From an uncultured Thermoleophilia bacterium (GTDB lineage Bacteria > Actinomycetota > Thermoleophilia > UBA2241), in assembly GCA_963702475.1 (NCBI GenBank), contig CAVPCT010000002.1:96001-160000 (forward strand): a stretch of 64,000 bases of DNA, written 5' to 3'. The notes under the pieces were generated by a model. It saw only the letters and a program-made list of their open reading frames with translations, searched no databases and was not told where the DNA came from. The position numbers were made by a program, and so were the translations under genes. This document shows positions 37,643 through 47,470 of this stretch, piece by piece. How positions within the stretch are numbered: the first letter of the stretch is position 1; each line of letters starts with the position of its first letter.

Positions 37643-38558
37643 CCAACGTAGCGGAGTCAACGTCGGGGGCAGCGAAGTGGCACCCGACAATGAGCTGCGA
37701 AGCGCACTGAACGTCGGGGGCAGCGAAGGCGCACCCGACGGGGACGCGGCCCTCGCGCGCCTGCAGGCCGAGCTGGCGCAGCTGGACTCGGCCTGCGTGG
37801 CCTTCTCCGGCGGCGTGGACTCGAGCCTCGTGCTCGCCGCCGCGGTGCGCGCCCTGGGCGCCGGAAATGTCGTCGCCTACACCGCCGTGTCGGCGACGTA
37901 CCCGCCGGAGGAGCTGGAGACGGCACGCCGACTCGCGGCCGGCCTCGGCGTGCGCCACGTGGTGACGGCGACGCACGAGTTCGCCCAGGCGTCATTCACC
38001 ACGAACCCGCGCGAGCGCTGCTATTTCTGCAAGCGCGAGCTGGTGGCGGAGATGCGGCGCGCCGCCGACGAGCACGGCTGCGCCGCGCTGGTCGACGGCG
38101 CCAACCTCGACGACCTCGGCGACCACCGGCCCGGCATGCGGGCCACGGCGGAGGCCGGCGTGCGACACCCGCTGCTGGACGCCGGTCTCGGCAAGGCCGA
38201 GGTGCGGCGTCTTGCGCGGGAGCTCGGCCTGCCCACCTGGGACGCGCCGCAGCAGGCCTGCCTGGCGTCGCGGATCCCGTACGGCGAGCCCATCACCGTG
38301 GAGAAGCTCGCGGCCGTGGCCGCGGCCGAGCGGATCCTGCGCGACCTCGGCTTCCGCCAGTGCCGCGTGCGCCACCACGGCGCCGTCGCGCGCGTCGAGG
38401 TCGAGCCGCGGCAGGTGGCGCGGGCCGCCGGCGAGGCGCGCGAAGCGATCCTCGCCGGCCTGCACGCCGCCGGCTTCACCTACGTGGCCCTCGATCTCGA
38501 CGGCTTTCGCTCGGGTAGCATGAACGAGGCGCCGTCCGGCGCCGCGGCGGGGAGGTGA
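37632..38558 (+). CDS. larE: LarE-family ATP-dependent sulfur transferase (TIGR00268), Fe-S type
   Basis: PP-loop [46 protein letters not shown]. Confidence 0.92.
   Translation: MTIDQRSGVNVGGSEVAPDNELRSALNVGGSEGAPDGDAALARLQAELAQLDSACVAFSGGVDSSLVLAAAVRALGAGNVVAYTAVSATYPPEELETARRLAAGLGVRHVVTATHEFAQASFTTNPRERCYFCKRELVAEMRRAADEHGCAALVDGANLDDLGDHRPGMRATAEAGVRHPLLDAGLGKAEVRRLARELGLPTWDAPQQACLASRIPYGEPITVEKLAAVAAAERILRDLGFRQCRVRHHGAVARVEVEPRQVARAAGEAREAILAGLHAAGFTYVALDLDGFRSGSMNEAPSGAAAGR
37659..37739. repeat. Two 30-bp palindromic (REP-like) repeats, 51-bp period, at the 5' end of larE
   Basis: AACGTCGGGGGCAGCGAAGtgGCACCCGAC and AACGTCGGGGGCAGCGAAGgcGCACCCGAC; each has GTCGGG...CCCGAC dyad. Confidence 0.8.
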
Positions 38559-39334
38559 CATCAGTGCTCGGCAAGCTCGTGGGCGGTCTCAGGCGCGACG
38601 CGCGCACCGCCGTGGAAGAGATCACCCAGGACGTGCGCGCCGTGCAGGAGCGCGACCCCGCCGCCACCTCTCAGCTGGAGATCATCACCTCGTACTCTGG
38701 CCTGCATGCACTCTGGATGCACCGCCTGGCGCACCGCCTGCAGACTGCCGGCGTGCCGCTGCTGCCGCGCTGGGTCAGCCAGATGGGCCGCTTCTTCACC
38801 GGCGTGGAGATCCACCCCGGGGCGCGCATCGGCAAGGGGCTCTTCATCGACCACGGGTCGGGCGTGGTGATAGGCGAGACCACGGAGATCGGCGACGACG
38901 TCACGATCTACCAGGGCGTCACCCTTGGCGGCACCGGCAAGGAGACGGGCAAGCGGCACCCCACGGTGGGGGACAACGTCGTGCTCGGCGCGGGCGCCAA
39001 GGTACTCGGCGCCGTGACCATCGGCGACAACGCCAAGATCGGCGCCGGCAGCGTCGTCGTGCTTGACGTGCCGCGCAACTCGACCGTTGTCGGCAACCCC
39101 GGACGCCCGGTGATGCTCGAGGGTCAGAAGGTCGGCATCCCCGACATCGACTACCGCCATCTGCCCGACCCCGTGGCCGAGGCCATCAAGTGCCTCGTGG
39201 CGCGCATCGTGGAGATGGAGAAGGAACTCGACGAGATCCACCCCGACCGCGGCGGCAAGCGCGAGGAGGCCGTGCGGCAGACGCAGGCGATCCTCGCGGA
39301 GTTCCTGCGGTTCGACGCGGGCGCCGGCATCTGA
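38555..39334 (+). CDS. cysE: Serine O-acetyltransferase
   Basis: [48 protein letters not shown]. Confidence 0.96.
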   Translation: MTSVLGKLVGGLRRDARTAVEEITQDVRAVQERDPAATSQLEIITSYSGLHALWMHRLAHRLQTAGVPLLPRWVSQMGRFFTGVEIHPGARIGKGLFIDHGSGVVIGETTEIGDDVTIYQGVTLGGTGKETGKRHPTVGDNVVLGAGAKVLGAVTIGDNAKIGAGSVVVLDVPRNSTVVGNPGRPVMLEGQKVGIPDIDYRHLPDPVAEAIKCLVARIVEMEKELDEIHPDRGGKREEAVRQTQAILAEFLRFDAGAGI

Positions 39335-39371
39335 GCTTCGCCGGCCGGCGCCCCGCAGGCTCTCCGCCGCG

Positions 39372-39635
39372 TCAGACCATCAGCGGCATCGCGCGGCTCG
39401 GTGGGACGTCTTCCGCGACCAGGCCGTCGGCGTTCCCGTCGAGGACGCCGAGGTCGTCCAGGAGGAGCTCGGGGTCGATCAGGCCGAGGCAGCGCCAGGT
39501 GCCCCGCGCGCCGGCCGTGTAGAGTACGCCGTCATCGCTGAGAAGGAGGTCGCAGGCCGGCCCGAACTGCCAGAGCGGGTCTGTGCGGATGTGGGTGTAG
39601 CCCGTCGCCTCCCGGGCTGCCGTGAAGCTGCCCAT
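39372..39635 (-). CDS. Small hypothetical protein
   Basis: ATG at 39635 preceded by GAGGAGGAAG; coding-like composition. Confidence 0.5.
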   Translation of the reverse strand: MGSFTAAREATGYTHIRTDPLWQFGPACDLLLSDDGVLYTAGARGTWRCLGLIDPELLLDDLGVLDGNADGLVAEDVPPSRAMPLMV

Positions 39636-39946
39636 CTCTTCCTCCTCGCGGTCCCGGCGAGCTCCCTGCTCCGCCTCCGACACCCCCTGCATCGGCGGGC
39701 ACGCGGACTCTGACGATGGGGAAACATGCTCACCGTTCCTGGGCACGGCGCGGCGTGCGCAAGGGAGGAAGTCTCGGACCGTCGGACGTACGGCCAGGAC
39801 CACAGGGATGGCTCCGGCTCGGTCTTCACTCCTCCGGGTGACAGCGCCGAGCATCGTTGTCTCCCGTCCGGGTGACCGGTGCGAGCGGGTGGGTATGCTA
39901 GGATTGCAGCCCTCCCCGACCATCTCGAACGGAGTGTGACCGCCCC

Positions 39947-40255
39947 ATGAGCGAGGTCCGGCGTCTCGTGCTCGACGTCCTCAAGCCGCACCAGCCCACC
40001 ATGCTCGTTCTGGCCGACAAGCTCGGCGACCTCGAGGGCGTGCACGGTGTCGACATCACCCTCATCGAGATCGACAACAAGGTCGAGAACATCAAGATCA
40101 CCCTGGAGGGCGACGACGTCGACTTCCAGGACGTCGCCGAGGTCGTGCAGGAGTCCGGGGGCAGCATCCACTCCATCGACAAGGTGTCCACGGGCAAACG
40201 CCTCATCGACGAGGTCGAGACCCCCCAGGACGGCGGCGCCCCCTGGCTCCGCTGA
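39947..40255 (+). CDS. DUF211-family protein
   Basis: RRLVLDVLKPHQP...ENIKITLEG...GGSIHSIDKV signature. Confidence 0.88.
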   Translation: MSEVRRLVLDVLKPHQPTMLVLADKLGDLEGVHGVDITLIEIDNKVENIKITLEGDDVDFQDVAEVVQESGGSIHSIDKVSTGKRLIDEVETPQDGGAPWLR

Positions 40256-40286
40256 TCGCCGCGCCTGATCGTCAGGTGAGCGCGCG

Positions 40287-40920
40287 GTGAGCTTCAGCGA
40301 TCGACCCGGCCTCGCCGCGCGCCTGCGCGGGCGCGCCGCCACCCTGCGTCACTATCACGAGATCGCCGACGTCGGCGAGATCGCCCGCCGGTACTTCGCC
40401 ATGAACGCCTTCGACGGCGTGCTCACCGGCGTTGGGCGTGTCATCGGCGGGTACTTCGGCGGCGTGGACGACGCCCGTGCCGTCGTCGTCCTCGTGCCAC
40501 CACGGCCGTCTGAGCATGGGCGTGTCCGGCTTCTATGGCTCGTACCTCTCCGAGCAGGCGGAGCGCGGCCGGGCGCTGCGCGAGCTGGAGGACACGATGC
40601 TCTCCAGCCTGCATGACGACCGACCGTCGCCTCGGCGGCCGGTACGCGACCATCGCCATCGCCTGCGTGGACGGCGCGTCTGCCGTTGCGGCGGCCTCAT
40701 CGTGATGTATCCCGCTCGCCTTCAGCCGGTGCTGAGGCGATGGACACCTCCTTCTACGCCGCGGCGCTGGGGCGTCGTCGCCGCAGAATTGTTCTTGCTC
40801 GGCGTCTTCCTCGGTGCACGTCTCGCGCGAGCGCCTGTGGTGTCGGGCCTGCGCCTCGTGTTCGCGGGGGCATCGCCCTCGGTCGTCAGCTTGCTGCTCA
40901 CGTCGCGGGGGTGTGGCGTG
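40287..40920 (+). CDS. VIT1/CCC1-like (TIGR00267) membrane protein with several frameshifts
   Basis: IARRYFAMNAFDGVLT, MGVSGFYGSYLSEQAER...LRELE, LFLLGVFLG spread over different frames. Confidence 0.65.
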
Positions 40921-40946
40921 GGGCGTGGCGCGCGGGGAAAGGCCGG

Positions 40947-43253
40947 CCGGACTTCGAGCACCCGCTGCTCGCCGGCCTCAACGACGAGCAGCGGGCCGCC
41001 GTCACCCACCTGGACGGCCCGCTGCTCATCCTCGCCGGCGCGGGCTCGGGCAAGACGCGCGTGCTCACGCACCGGGTGGCGTACCTCATCCAGGTGCACC
41101 ACGCGCGTCCCGATGAGATCCTCGCCATCACCTTCACCAACAAGGCCGCCGGCGAGATGAAGGAGCGCATCGAGGGCCTTGTGGGCGCCATCGCCCGCAC
41201 CATGTGGATCAGCACCTTCCACAGCATGTGCGCGCGGCTTCTGCGCCGCGAGGCGCCGCGCCTCGGCTTCAAGAGCAGCTTCACCATCCACGACGAGGAC
41301 GACCGGCGCCGGCTCCTCAAGCGCTGCCTGGAAGAGCTCGACCTCGACCCCAAGCGCTTTCCGCCGGAGTCGATCTCGCGCCAGATCAGCGACGCCAAGA
41401 ACCAGCTGCAGGGGCCCGCCCAGCTGCGGGAGAGGCTGGGCGGCGGCTTTCAGCAGGCGGTGGCCGACGTGTACGAGCTCTACGAGAAGCGGCACGCCGA
41501 GATGAACGCCATGGACTTCGACGACCTGCTCATGAAGACCGTCCAGCTGCTCGAGGGGTACCCCGACCGTCTGGCGCACTACCAGCGCGCCTTCCGCTAC
41601 GTGCTCATCGACGAGTACCAGGACACCAACCACGCCCAGTACCGTCTCGCCAACCTGCTCGCCGAGGCGCACCGCAACCTTGCCGTGGTGGGCGACGACG
41701 ACCAGAGCATCTACTCGTGGCGCGGGGCGGACATCCGCAACATCCTGGAGTTCGAGCGCGACTATCCGGAGGCCGAGATCATCCGGCTGGAGCAGAACTA
41801 CCGCAGCACGCAGTGCATCCTGAACGTAGCCAACGCCGTGGTCACCCACAACCGCAGGCGCAAAGGCAAGAACCTGTGGACGCCGCGGGGCCAGGGCGCG
41901 CTCGTGCAGGTGGTCGAGGTCAACGACGAGCGCGCCGAGGCGCAGTTCGTGGCCAGCGAGGTGCAGAAGCTGCTGGAGGGGGAGTGCGATGCCGACCGGC
42001 TCTACCGGCCGGACGAGATCGCCGTGCTGTATCGAACCAACGCGCAGTCGCGCGTGCTGGAGGAGCAGTTCGGGCGGTACGCCATCGCCTATCAGGTGAT
42101 CGGCGGGCCCAAGTTCTACGAGCGCGCCGAGATCCGCGACGCCATCGCCTATCTCACGGTGTTGACCAACCCGGACGACACCACGCGGCTGCTCCGCGTG
42201 GTCAACGCGCCCAAGCGCGGCATCGGCGCGACCAGCGTGCAGCGCCTGCAGGCGCACGCGGCCGGGATGGGGGAGAGCCTGTGGGACGCCATGCAGGAGC
42301 TGGACGACGTGCCCGGGCTCTCGGGCGGCGCGGTCAAGGGCCTGGAGGCCTTCGTCAAGCTCATCCGCAACCTCCAGGCCGGGCTGGACGGCCGTCCGGT
42401 GGCCGAGATCACGCGCAGCGTGCTGGAGGAGAGCGGCTACGAGGCGTTCCTCACGTCGCAGCGTACGCTCGAGGCCGAGGGCCGCCTTGAGAACCTCGAG
42501 GAGCTCGTGGGCGTGGCCGCCGAGTACGACAAGCGCGCCGATGAGCCCAGCCTCGACGGGTTCCTGCAGGAGATCAGCCTGTACGCCGACACCGACAACC
42601 TCGCCGACACCTCGTCCATGCTCACCCTGATGACGCTGCACAACGCGAAGGGCCTGGAGTTCCCCGTGGTGTTCATCGCCGGCATGGAGGAGGGGGTCTT
42701 TCCGCATCAGCGCTCGCTCGACGAGTCCAACGTCGAAGAGGAACGCAGGCTCGCCTATGTGGGCATCACCAGAGCCATGGACAGGCTGTATCTCGTCCAT
42801 GCGAGGGCGCGCATGCTGTGGGGCTCGTCGCAGTACAACATCCCGTCGCGCTTCCTCAGTGAGATCCCATCGGCCCTGTACCAGAAGCAGGTCGTGGGCG
42901 GCCGCCCGACGTCGGGGAGCGGCGGGGCCGGAGGCGGCTGGTCGGCGCGCGGCGACGACTTGGACGACGCCGGGGGACGGGGCGGCTACGGTGGCCGTCG
43001 CGACGACGACCTCGAGGGGTTCGGCACCGGACGCCGTATCACCGGTCTCGAGAAGAGGCCGGCGAAGGACCTCGGCGACGAGGTCGTCGAGAAGTACTTC
43101 TCACCCGGGGAGCGCGTGCTCCACGCCACGCTCGGCGAAGGCACCGTGCTGGCCGTGGAGGGCGGCGGCATCGTGCTCGTGCGCTTCGAGAACGACGGCT
43201 CAGAGCGCCGCCTCATGGCGAGCGTGGCGCCGCTGCGCAAGCTGCGCGGCTGA
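40947..43253 (+). CDS. pcrA: ATP-dependent DNA helicase PcrA/UvrD (start codon uncertain)
   Basis: LNDEQ, AGAGSGKT, ITFTNKAA, IDEYQDTN, VGDDDQSIYSWRGA, LEQNYRS, HNAKGLEF, C-terminal Tudor-like domain. Confidence 0.93.
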   Translation, partial: PDFEHPLLAGLNDEQRAAVTHLDGPLLILAGAGSGKTRVLTHRVAYLIQVHHARPDEILAITFTNKAAGEMKERIEGLVGAIARTMWISTFHSMCARLLRREAPRLGFKSSFTIHDEDDRRRLLKRCLEELDLDPKRFPPESISRQISDAKNQLQGPAQLRERLGGGFQQAVADVYELYEKRHAEMNAMDFDDLLMKTVQLLEGYPDRLAHYQRAFRYVLIDEYQDTNHAQYRLANLLAEAHRNLAVVGDDDQSIYSWRGADIRNILEFERDYPEAEIIRLEQNYRSTQCILNVANAVVTHNRRRKGKNLWTPRGQGALVQVVEVNDERAEAQFVASEVQKLLEGECDADRLYRPDEIAVLYRTNAQSRVLEEQFGRYAIAYQVIGGPKFYERAEIRDAIAYLTVLTNPDDTTRLLRVVNAPKRGIGATSVQRLQAHAAGMGESLWDAMQELDDVPGLSGGAVKGLEAFVKLIRNLQAGLDGRPVAEITRSVLEESGYEAFLTSQRTLEAEGRLENLEELVGVAAEYDKRADEPSLDGFLQEISLYADTDNLADTSSMLTLMTLHNAKGLEFPVVFIAGMEEGVFPHQRSLDESNVEEERRLAYVGITRAMDRLYLVHARARMLWGSSQYNIPSRFLSEIPSALYQKQVVGGRPTSGSGGAGGGWSARGDDLDDAGGRGGYGGRRDDDLEGFGTGRRITGLEKRPAKDLGDEVVEKYFSPGERVLHATLGEGTVLAVEGGGIVLVRFENDGSERRLMASVAPLRKLRG

Positions 43254-43256
43254 GCC

Positions 43257-43796
43257 TCAGGGGCCAGTGCCCCAGCCCTTCACCAGCCAACCACTCTCGG
43301 CCGAGGGCCTCAGCCACATGAACAGCGTGTGCTCTCCGGCGTCGCCCCACGGCGTCGGTGACGCCCCGGCGGCGACGGGCTCGATGTAGACCTGTACCTG
43401 GACGAGCACTTCACCCGTCTCGTCGGACGGCTCATCCACGTGGTCGACGGCCACCAGGCGTGCCGCGGCGATGTCGTCGGTGGCCGCGGTGGCGCTGGGC
43501 GGCTCGCCCGGGACGCCGGCCGCCGCGACCGCGTCGTAGTCGCCGCTGTCGATGAGCTGCCAGTATGCCGCGGCGGCCTGCGCGGCTGTGCCTTCGAGCG
43601 GCCGGGAGCCGGCAACGGCGCTCGGCCGGGACGAGGACGAGGCCGCGTCTGTGCCGGCCGCGGAGGTGCCGCAGCCGCCCAGGAGGAGGGCGGCGACGCA
43701 CGCCGCGAGGGCCCCGGCCGCGATCCCGGTGAGGAGCGACACCGGATGCGGCACCACCCAGGTCCGCCTGGATCGAACACCAGCCAGCTTCCGCAT
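43257..43796 (-). CDS. Putative lipoprotein
   Basis: Hydrophobic leader with lipobox LLGGC; ends WLVKGWGTGP. Confidence 0.65.
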   Translation of the reverse strand: MRKLAGVRSRRTWVVPHPVSLLTGIAAGALAACVAALLLGGCGTSAAGTDAASSSSRPSAVAGSRPLEGTAAQAAAAYWQLIDSGDYDAVAAAGVPGEPPSATAATDDIAAARLVAVDHVDEPSDETGEVLVQVQVYIEPVAAGASPTPWGDAGEHTLFMWLRPSAESGWLVKGWGTGP

Positions 43797-43922
43797 GGCC
43801 GCCCCTCTCGTCGCCGTCCCTTTCGACCCTCAGGGGACCACGTCGCGAGCGTCCTGTACAGGATGACAATGGCTCCTGCGGTAGAGTTCGCGGGAGTGTC
43901 AACCCCGGCAAGGGAGGTCCCC

Positions 43923-44705
43923 ATGGCCGTGCACGTGTCCCGCGACGAGGCCGTCGCCGTCGTCACCGTCGACCGCCCCGAGGCGCTCAACGCGCTCGAC
44001 GGCGAGACCGTCGCGTCGTTGCGCGCGGCGGTCGACAGGCTCTCCGCCGATGCCTCGGTGCGCGCCGTCGTGCTCACCGGCGGCGGGGAGTCCTCCTTCG
44101 TGGCCGGTGCGGACATCCCCGAGATGAGCGCGCTCACCGCCGAGCAGGCGCGGCAGTTCTCGGCCCGAGGGCAGGCGCTCATGAGTGCCATCGAGGCGGC
44201 GCCCCAGCCGTGGATCGCCGCCGTCAACGGCTACGCCCTCGGCGGCGGCTGCGAGCTGGCCCTGGCCTGCGACGTGCGGCTCGCGGCGGAGAACGCCAAG
44301 TTCGGCCAGCCCGAGATCGGCTTGGCCATCACGCCCGGCTTCGGCGGCACGCAGCGCCTGTCGCGCAACGTCGGCTCGGGGTGGGCCAGGTACCTGGTGC
44401 TCAGCGGCCGCATCATCCGCGCCGAGGAGGCCCTGCGCATCGGGCTCGTCCAGGCTGTGTTCCCCAGGGACGAGCTGCGCAGGGAGGCGCTCCAGCTGGC
44501 CGCCGAGATGGCCGCCAAGAGCTCGCTGGCCATGCGCCACTGCAAGGCCGCTGTGACGGCCGCGGAGGCCACCGATCCGGCGACCGGCCAGGGCATCGAG
44601 CAGTACCTGTTCTCGCTGTGCTTCGCCGGCGACGACCAGCGCGAGGGCATGGCGGCGTTCCTCGAGAAGCGCTCGCCGAGCTACACGAGCCACGGCGAGG
44701 CGTGA
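43923..44705 (+). CDS. Enoyl-CoA hydratase/crotonase
   Basis: RPEALNAL, FVAGADI, AVNGYALGGGCELALACD, FGQPE, PGFGGTQRL, EGMAAFLEKR. Confidence 0.93.
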   Translation: MAVHVSRDEAVAVVTVDRPEALNALDGETVASLRAAVDRLSADASVRAVVLTGGGESSFVAGADIPEMSALTAEQARQFSARGQALMSAIEAAPQPWIAAVNGYALGGGCELALACDVRLAAENAKFGQPEIGLAITPGFGGTQRLSRNVGSGWARYLVLSGRIIRAEEALRIGLVQAVFPRDELRREALQLAAEMAAKSSLAMRHCKAAVTAAEATDPATGQGIEQYLFSLCFAGDDQREGMAAFLEKRSPSYTSHGEA

Positions 44706-44804
44706 GGAACGCCGCCGCGGGCCGGCCGACTCGTGTGGCGCCTGACCCCGGGCGGCCCCGGAGCGGCTTCCGTCGGACCAGACGCCTGAGCTGGCTGCGC
44801 CGCC

Positions 44805-45644
44805 TCAGCCTCCGACGCACGCGAGAAGCCGGGCCAGCACCTCCGTGACACCGGGCGTGGCTCTCACGCGCACGTCGGCCTCGTCGAGGACGCTGCGCGG
44901 CGTCTCCGCCGTGACGGCCACCACGGCGCAGGCGGTGCGGCGCGCGTCGTGCTCCGCCCAGGTGCGCAGCGCGCGGAAGGCCGTCACATCGGTGAGGTCG
45001 TCGCCGCACATCAGGGCCTCCGCGGCGTCCGCCGCCCCGAGCAGCTGCCGCACGGCCGTGCCTTTGGAGAACGGGAGCGGAGGCTTGACCTCGAAGGCGA
45101 AATGGCCCGTCCCTATGGCCAGGCCCCGCGCCCGCGCCGGTTCGACCACGTGGGTGAGGATGGCGTGGCGGGTGGCGGCGGGGTCCGCGGCCAGGCGGTA
45201 GTGGATGGCCAGCACGACCCGTTTGTCTTCGAGCACGATCCCCAGTGCCTCGCAGTCCAGGTCGCGGGCGGCCTGCGCGGCGACCGCGCGGATCTCCGCC
45301 ACGTAGCGCTCGGCCTGAGGCTCGGTGAGCAGGGAGCCGCCGGCCGTGCGGACCTCCAGGCCGTGCGTGCCGACGTAGGCGGCACCGGGCACGTCGATCA
45401 TGCGCCGCCCGTCCTCCAGCGCCCGCCCGGTGACGAACGCGACCAGGCCGAGCCGCCGGGCGAGCCCTGCAAGCAGGTCGCGGGTCTCGTCCGGCACGAC
45501 CGCCTCCGCAGGGGTGGGGGCTATGGGCGAGAGGGTCCCGTCGATGTCGCAGAACAGGGCGCCCCGCGCGGGCGCCGCCGCGAAGGCGGCCAGGCAGGCG
45601 TCGAGCGCCCGTTCTCCCTCGATGATCGTGTGGTGGTCGCCCAT
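44805..45644 (-). CDS. otsB: Trehalose-6-phosphate phosphatase (HAD)
   Basis: DIDGTLSPI, VTGR, GTHGLE, AIHYR, EVKP, SKG, GDDLTDVTAF. Confidence 0.9.
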   Translation of the reverse strand: MGDHHTIIEGERALDACLAAFAAAPARGALFCDIDGTLSPIAPTPAEAVVPDETRDLLAGLARRLGLVAFVTGRALEDGRRMIDVPGAAYVGTHGLEVRTAGGSLLTEPQAERYVAEIRAVAAQAARDLDCEALGIVLEDKRVVLAIHYRLAADPAATRHAILTHVVEPARARGLAIGTGHFAFEVKPPLPFSKGTAVRQLLGAADAAEALMCGDDLTDVTAFRALRTWAEHDARRTACAVVAVTAETPRSVLDEADVRVRATPGVTEVLARLLACVGG

Positions 45645-45779
45645 GTGCGCTCCTCGCTTCCGGGGCCAAGCCTACCGAACACGGCGGCGACGGCCAACGG
45701 GCGCCGCTGCACTGCCCCCGGCGTCGTAGCTGCGCGCGGCGTCAAGTTCCCGCAGGCGCTGCCGATACGGGTCAGGGAC

Positions 45780-46439
45780 ATGCCTCACACCGACGACACC
45801 AGCCGCAGCGCCGCACGCACGGAGGCCGCGCCGCGCCTGCGCAGGGGGCGCGAGACGCGCGGCGATCCCTACCTCAAGTCCATGCTCCTGGGGTTGATCG
45901 AGGACAGCTATCTGCACACGGGCACGTTCACCCAGTTCGCCGCCGAAGTGCTCCAGGTGCTGGCGTACGCCGTCACCGTGCCGGTGGCGTTCACCGAGGG
46001 CTTCCTGCGCGCGTACCTCAGTATCGACCGGGTCGTGGAGGACGACGAGGGTCGCATCGTCATCGTGCCCAAGAAGGGCGCGAGCATCGAAGACCTCATC
46101 CGTGACGTGGACGAGATCACCGCCCAGGTGGAGCCCGGCGCCGTGTTCAATCCCGTGGTGCGTGCCCGTCTCGACGCGGTGCACCAGGTCTCCAGCAAGG
46201 CGATGAAGTGGGACATCGACACACTCTCTCGCATGGACGACGAGCAGCTCATGGACGTGCTCCGCGAGATGCAGGCGGAGTCGGAGCGTCTGGCCGCCGA
46301 GGCCGGGGCGCCCTCGGACGACGAGGCCACCGACGCCGTGCGCGCCAAGCTGGCGGCGATCCGCCGCAACGTGGGTCGCTTCCAGGCGCAGCAGAAGGCC
46401 GGGCAGGTACCGGGCGAAACGGAGTCCCGGCCCGGGTGA
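45780..46439 (+). CDS. Hypothetical protein (219 aa)
   Basis: Open frame with GC3-biased codons and helical C-terminus; no family recognised. Confidence 0.65.
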   Translation: MPHTDDTSRSAARTEAAPRLRRGRETRGDPYLKSMLLGLIEDSYLHTGTFTQFAAEVLQVLAYAVTVPVAFTEGFLRAYLSIDRVVEDDEGRIVIVPKKGASIEDLIRDVDEITAQVEPGAVFNPVVRARLDAVHQVSSKAMKWDIDTLSRMDDEQLMDVLREMQAESERLAAEAGAPSDDEATDAVRAKLAAIRRNVGRFQAQQKAGQVPGETESRPG

Positions 46440-46555
46440 CGTCCGGCCGGCCACCTCACGCTCGCTTGCGCGCCGCCGCGCCTCCGACGCCTTCCGGCCG
46501 CTTCGAGTAGGATAGGGCTCGGCCTCGAAAGGGGCAGGGCCCCGGGAGTCGTCGG

Positions 46556-47470
46556 ATGTCTCATTTCTCAGACAGACTGGCAGTCGCCGTCCGCGAACGG
46601 CGCAGCGTCGTGTGCGTCGGGCTCGACCCCGTCCTCGAGCGCATGCCCCCGCGCCTCGTCGAGACGTACCGCGCGCAGGCCGGCGACCTCGGCGACGACG
46701 GCGCCGTGGCGGCCTGTTTCGAGCGGTTCTGCGCCGACATCATCGATGCGGTCGCGGAGAGCGCCGCCTGCGTGAAGCCTCAAGCGGCGTTCTTCGAGCA
46801 GTACGGCGCGGCGGGTTGGGCGGCGCTCACCTCCGTCGTCAGGTGCGCACACGAGTACGAGCTGCCCGTGATCCTCGACGTGAAGCGTGGCGACATCTCG
46901 TCGACGGGCGCCGCGTACGGCCTGGCGGCTTTCGGCGGCGCCCCGGGCTTCAACGGCCCCGTCGCCGGTGTCGGCGCCGACGCGCTCACCGCCAGCCCGT
47001 ACCTCGGCGACGACTCGCTCGAGCCGCTGGTCCGCCACTGCGCCGGTGGCAAGGGCGTCTTCGTCCTCACGCGCACGAGCAATCCCGGCGCGGCGCTGCT
47101 GCAGGAGCGCGAGGTCGATGGCCGGCCTCTCTACCTGCACGTCGCCGCACTCGTCGAGCGGCTCGGCGCCGAGCATATCGGCGACTACGGCTACAGCGAC
47201 GTGGGGGCCGTGGCCGGCGCCACCGCGCCGGCCCAGCTGCTGGCGGTCCGCGAGGCGCTGCCGCACGCCTACCTGCTTGTCCCCGGCTACGGAGCTCAAG
47301 GCGCCGGCCCGGAAGCCCTGCGCGGCATCGCCGCCGGGGAGGCGGCGGGGTTCGTGGTCAACGCCTCCCGGTCCATCATCTTCGCCTGGCAGGACGGCTC
47401 CTCCGATCACAAGAGGGCTGCCGTCCGCGCCGCCGAATCTATGCGCAGCGACCTCGCATCTATCCTTTGA
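46556..47470 (+). CDS. pyrF: Orotidine-5'-phosphate decarboxylase
   Basis: VCVGLDP, KPQAAFFE, DVKRGDI, PYLG, RTSNPG, LVPGYGAQG, VNASR. Confidence 0.95.
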   Translation: MSHFSDRLAVAVRERRSVVCVGLDPVLERMPPRLVETYRAQAGDLGDDGAVAACFERFCADIIDAVAESAACVKPQAAFFEQYGAAGWAALTSVVRCAHEYELPVILDVKRGDISSTGAAYGLAAFGGAPGFNGPVAGVGADALTASPYLGDDSLEPLVRHCAGGKGVFVLTRTSNPGAALLQEREVDGRPLYLHVAALVERLGAEHIGDYGYSDVGAVAGATAPAQLLAVREALPHAYLLVPGYGAQGAGPEALRGIAAGEAAGFVVNASRSIIFAWQDGSSDHKRAAVRAAESMRSDLASIL

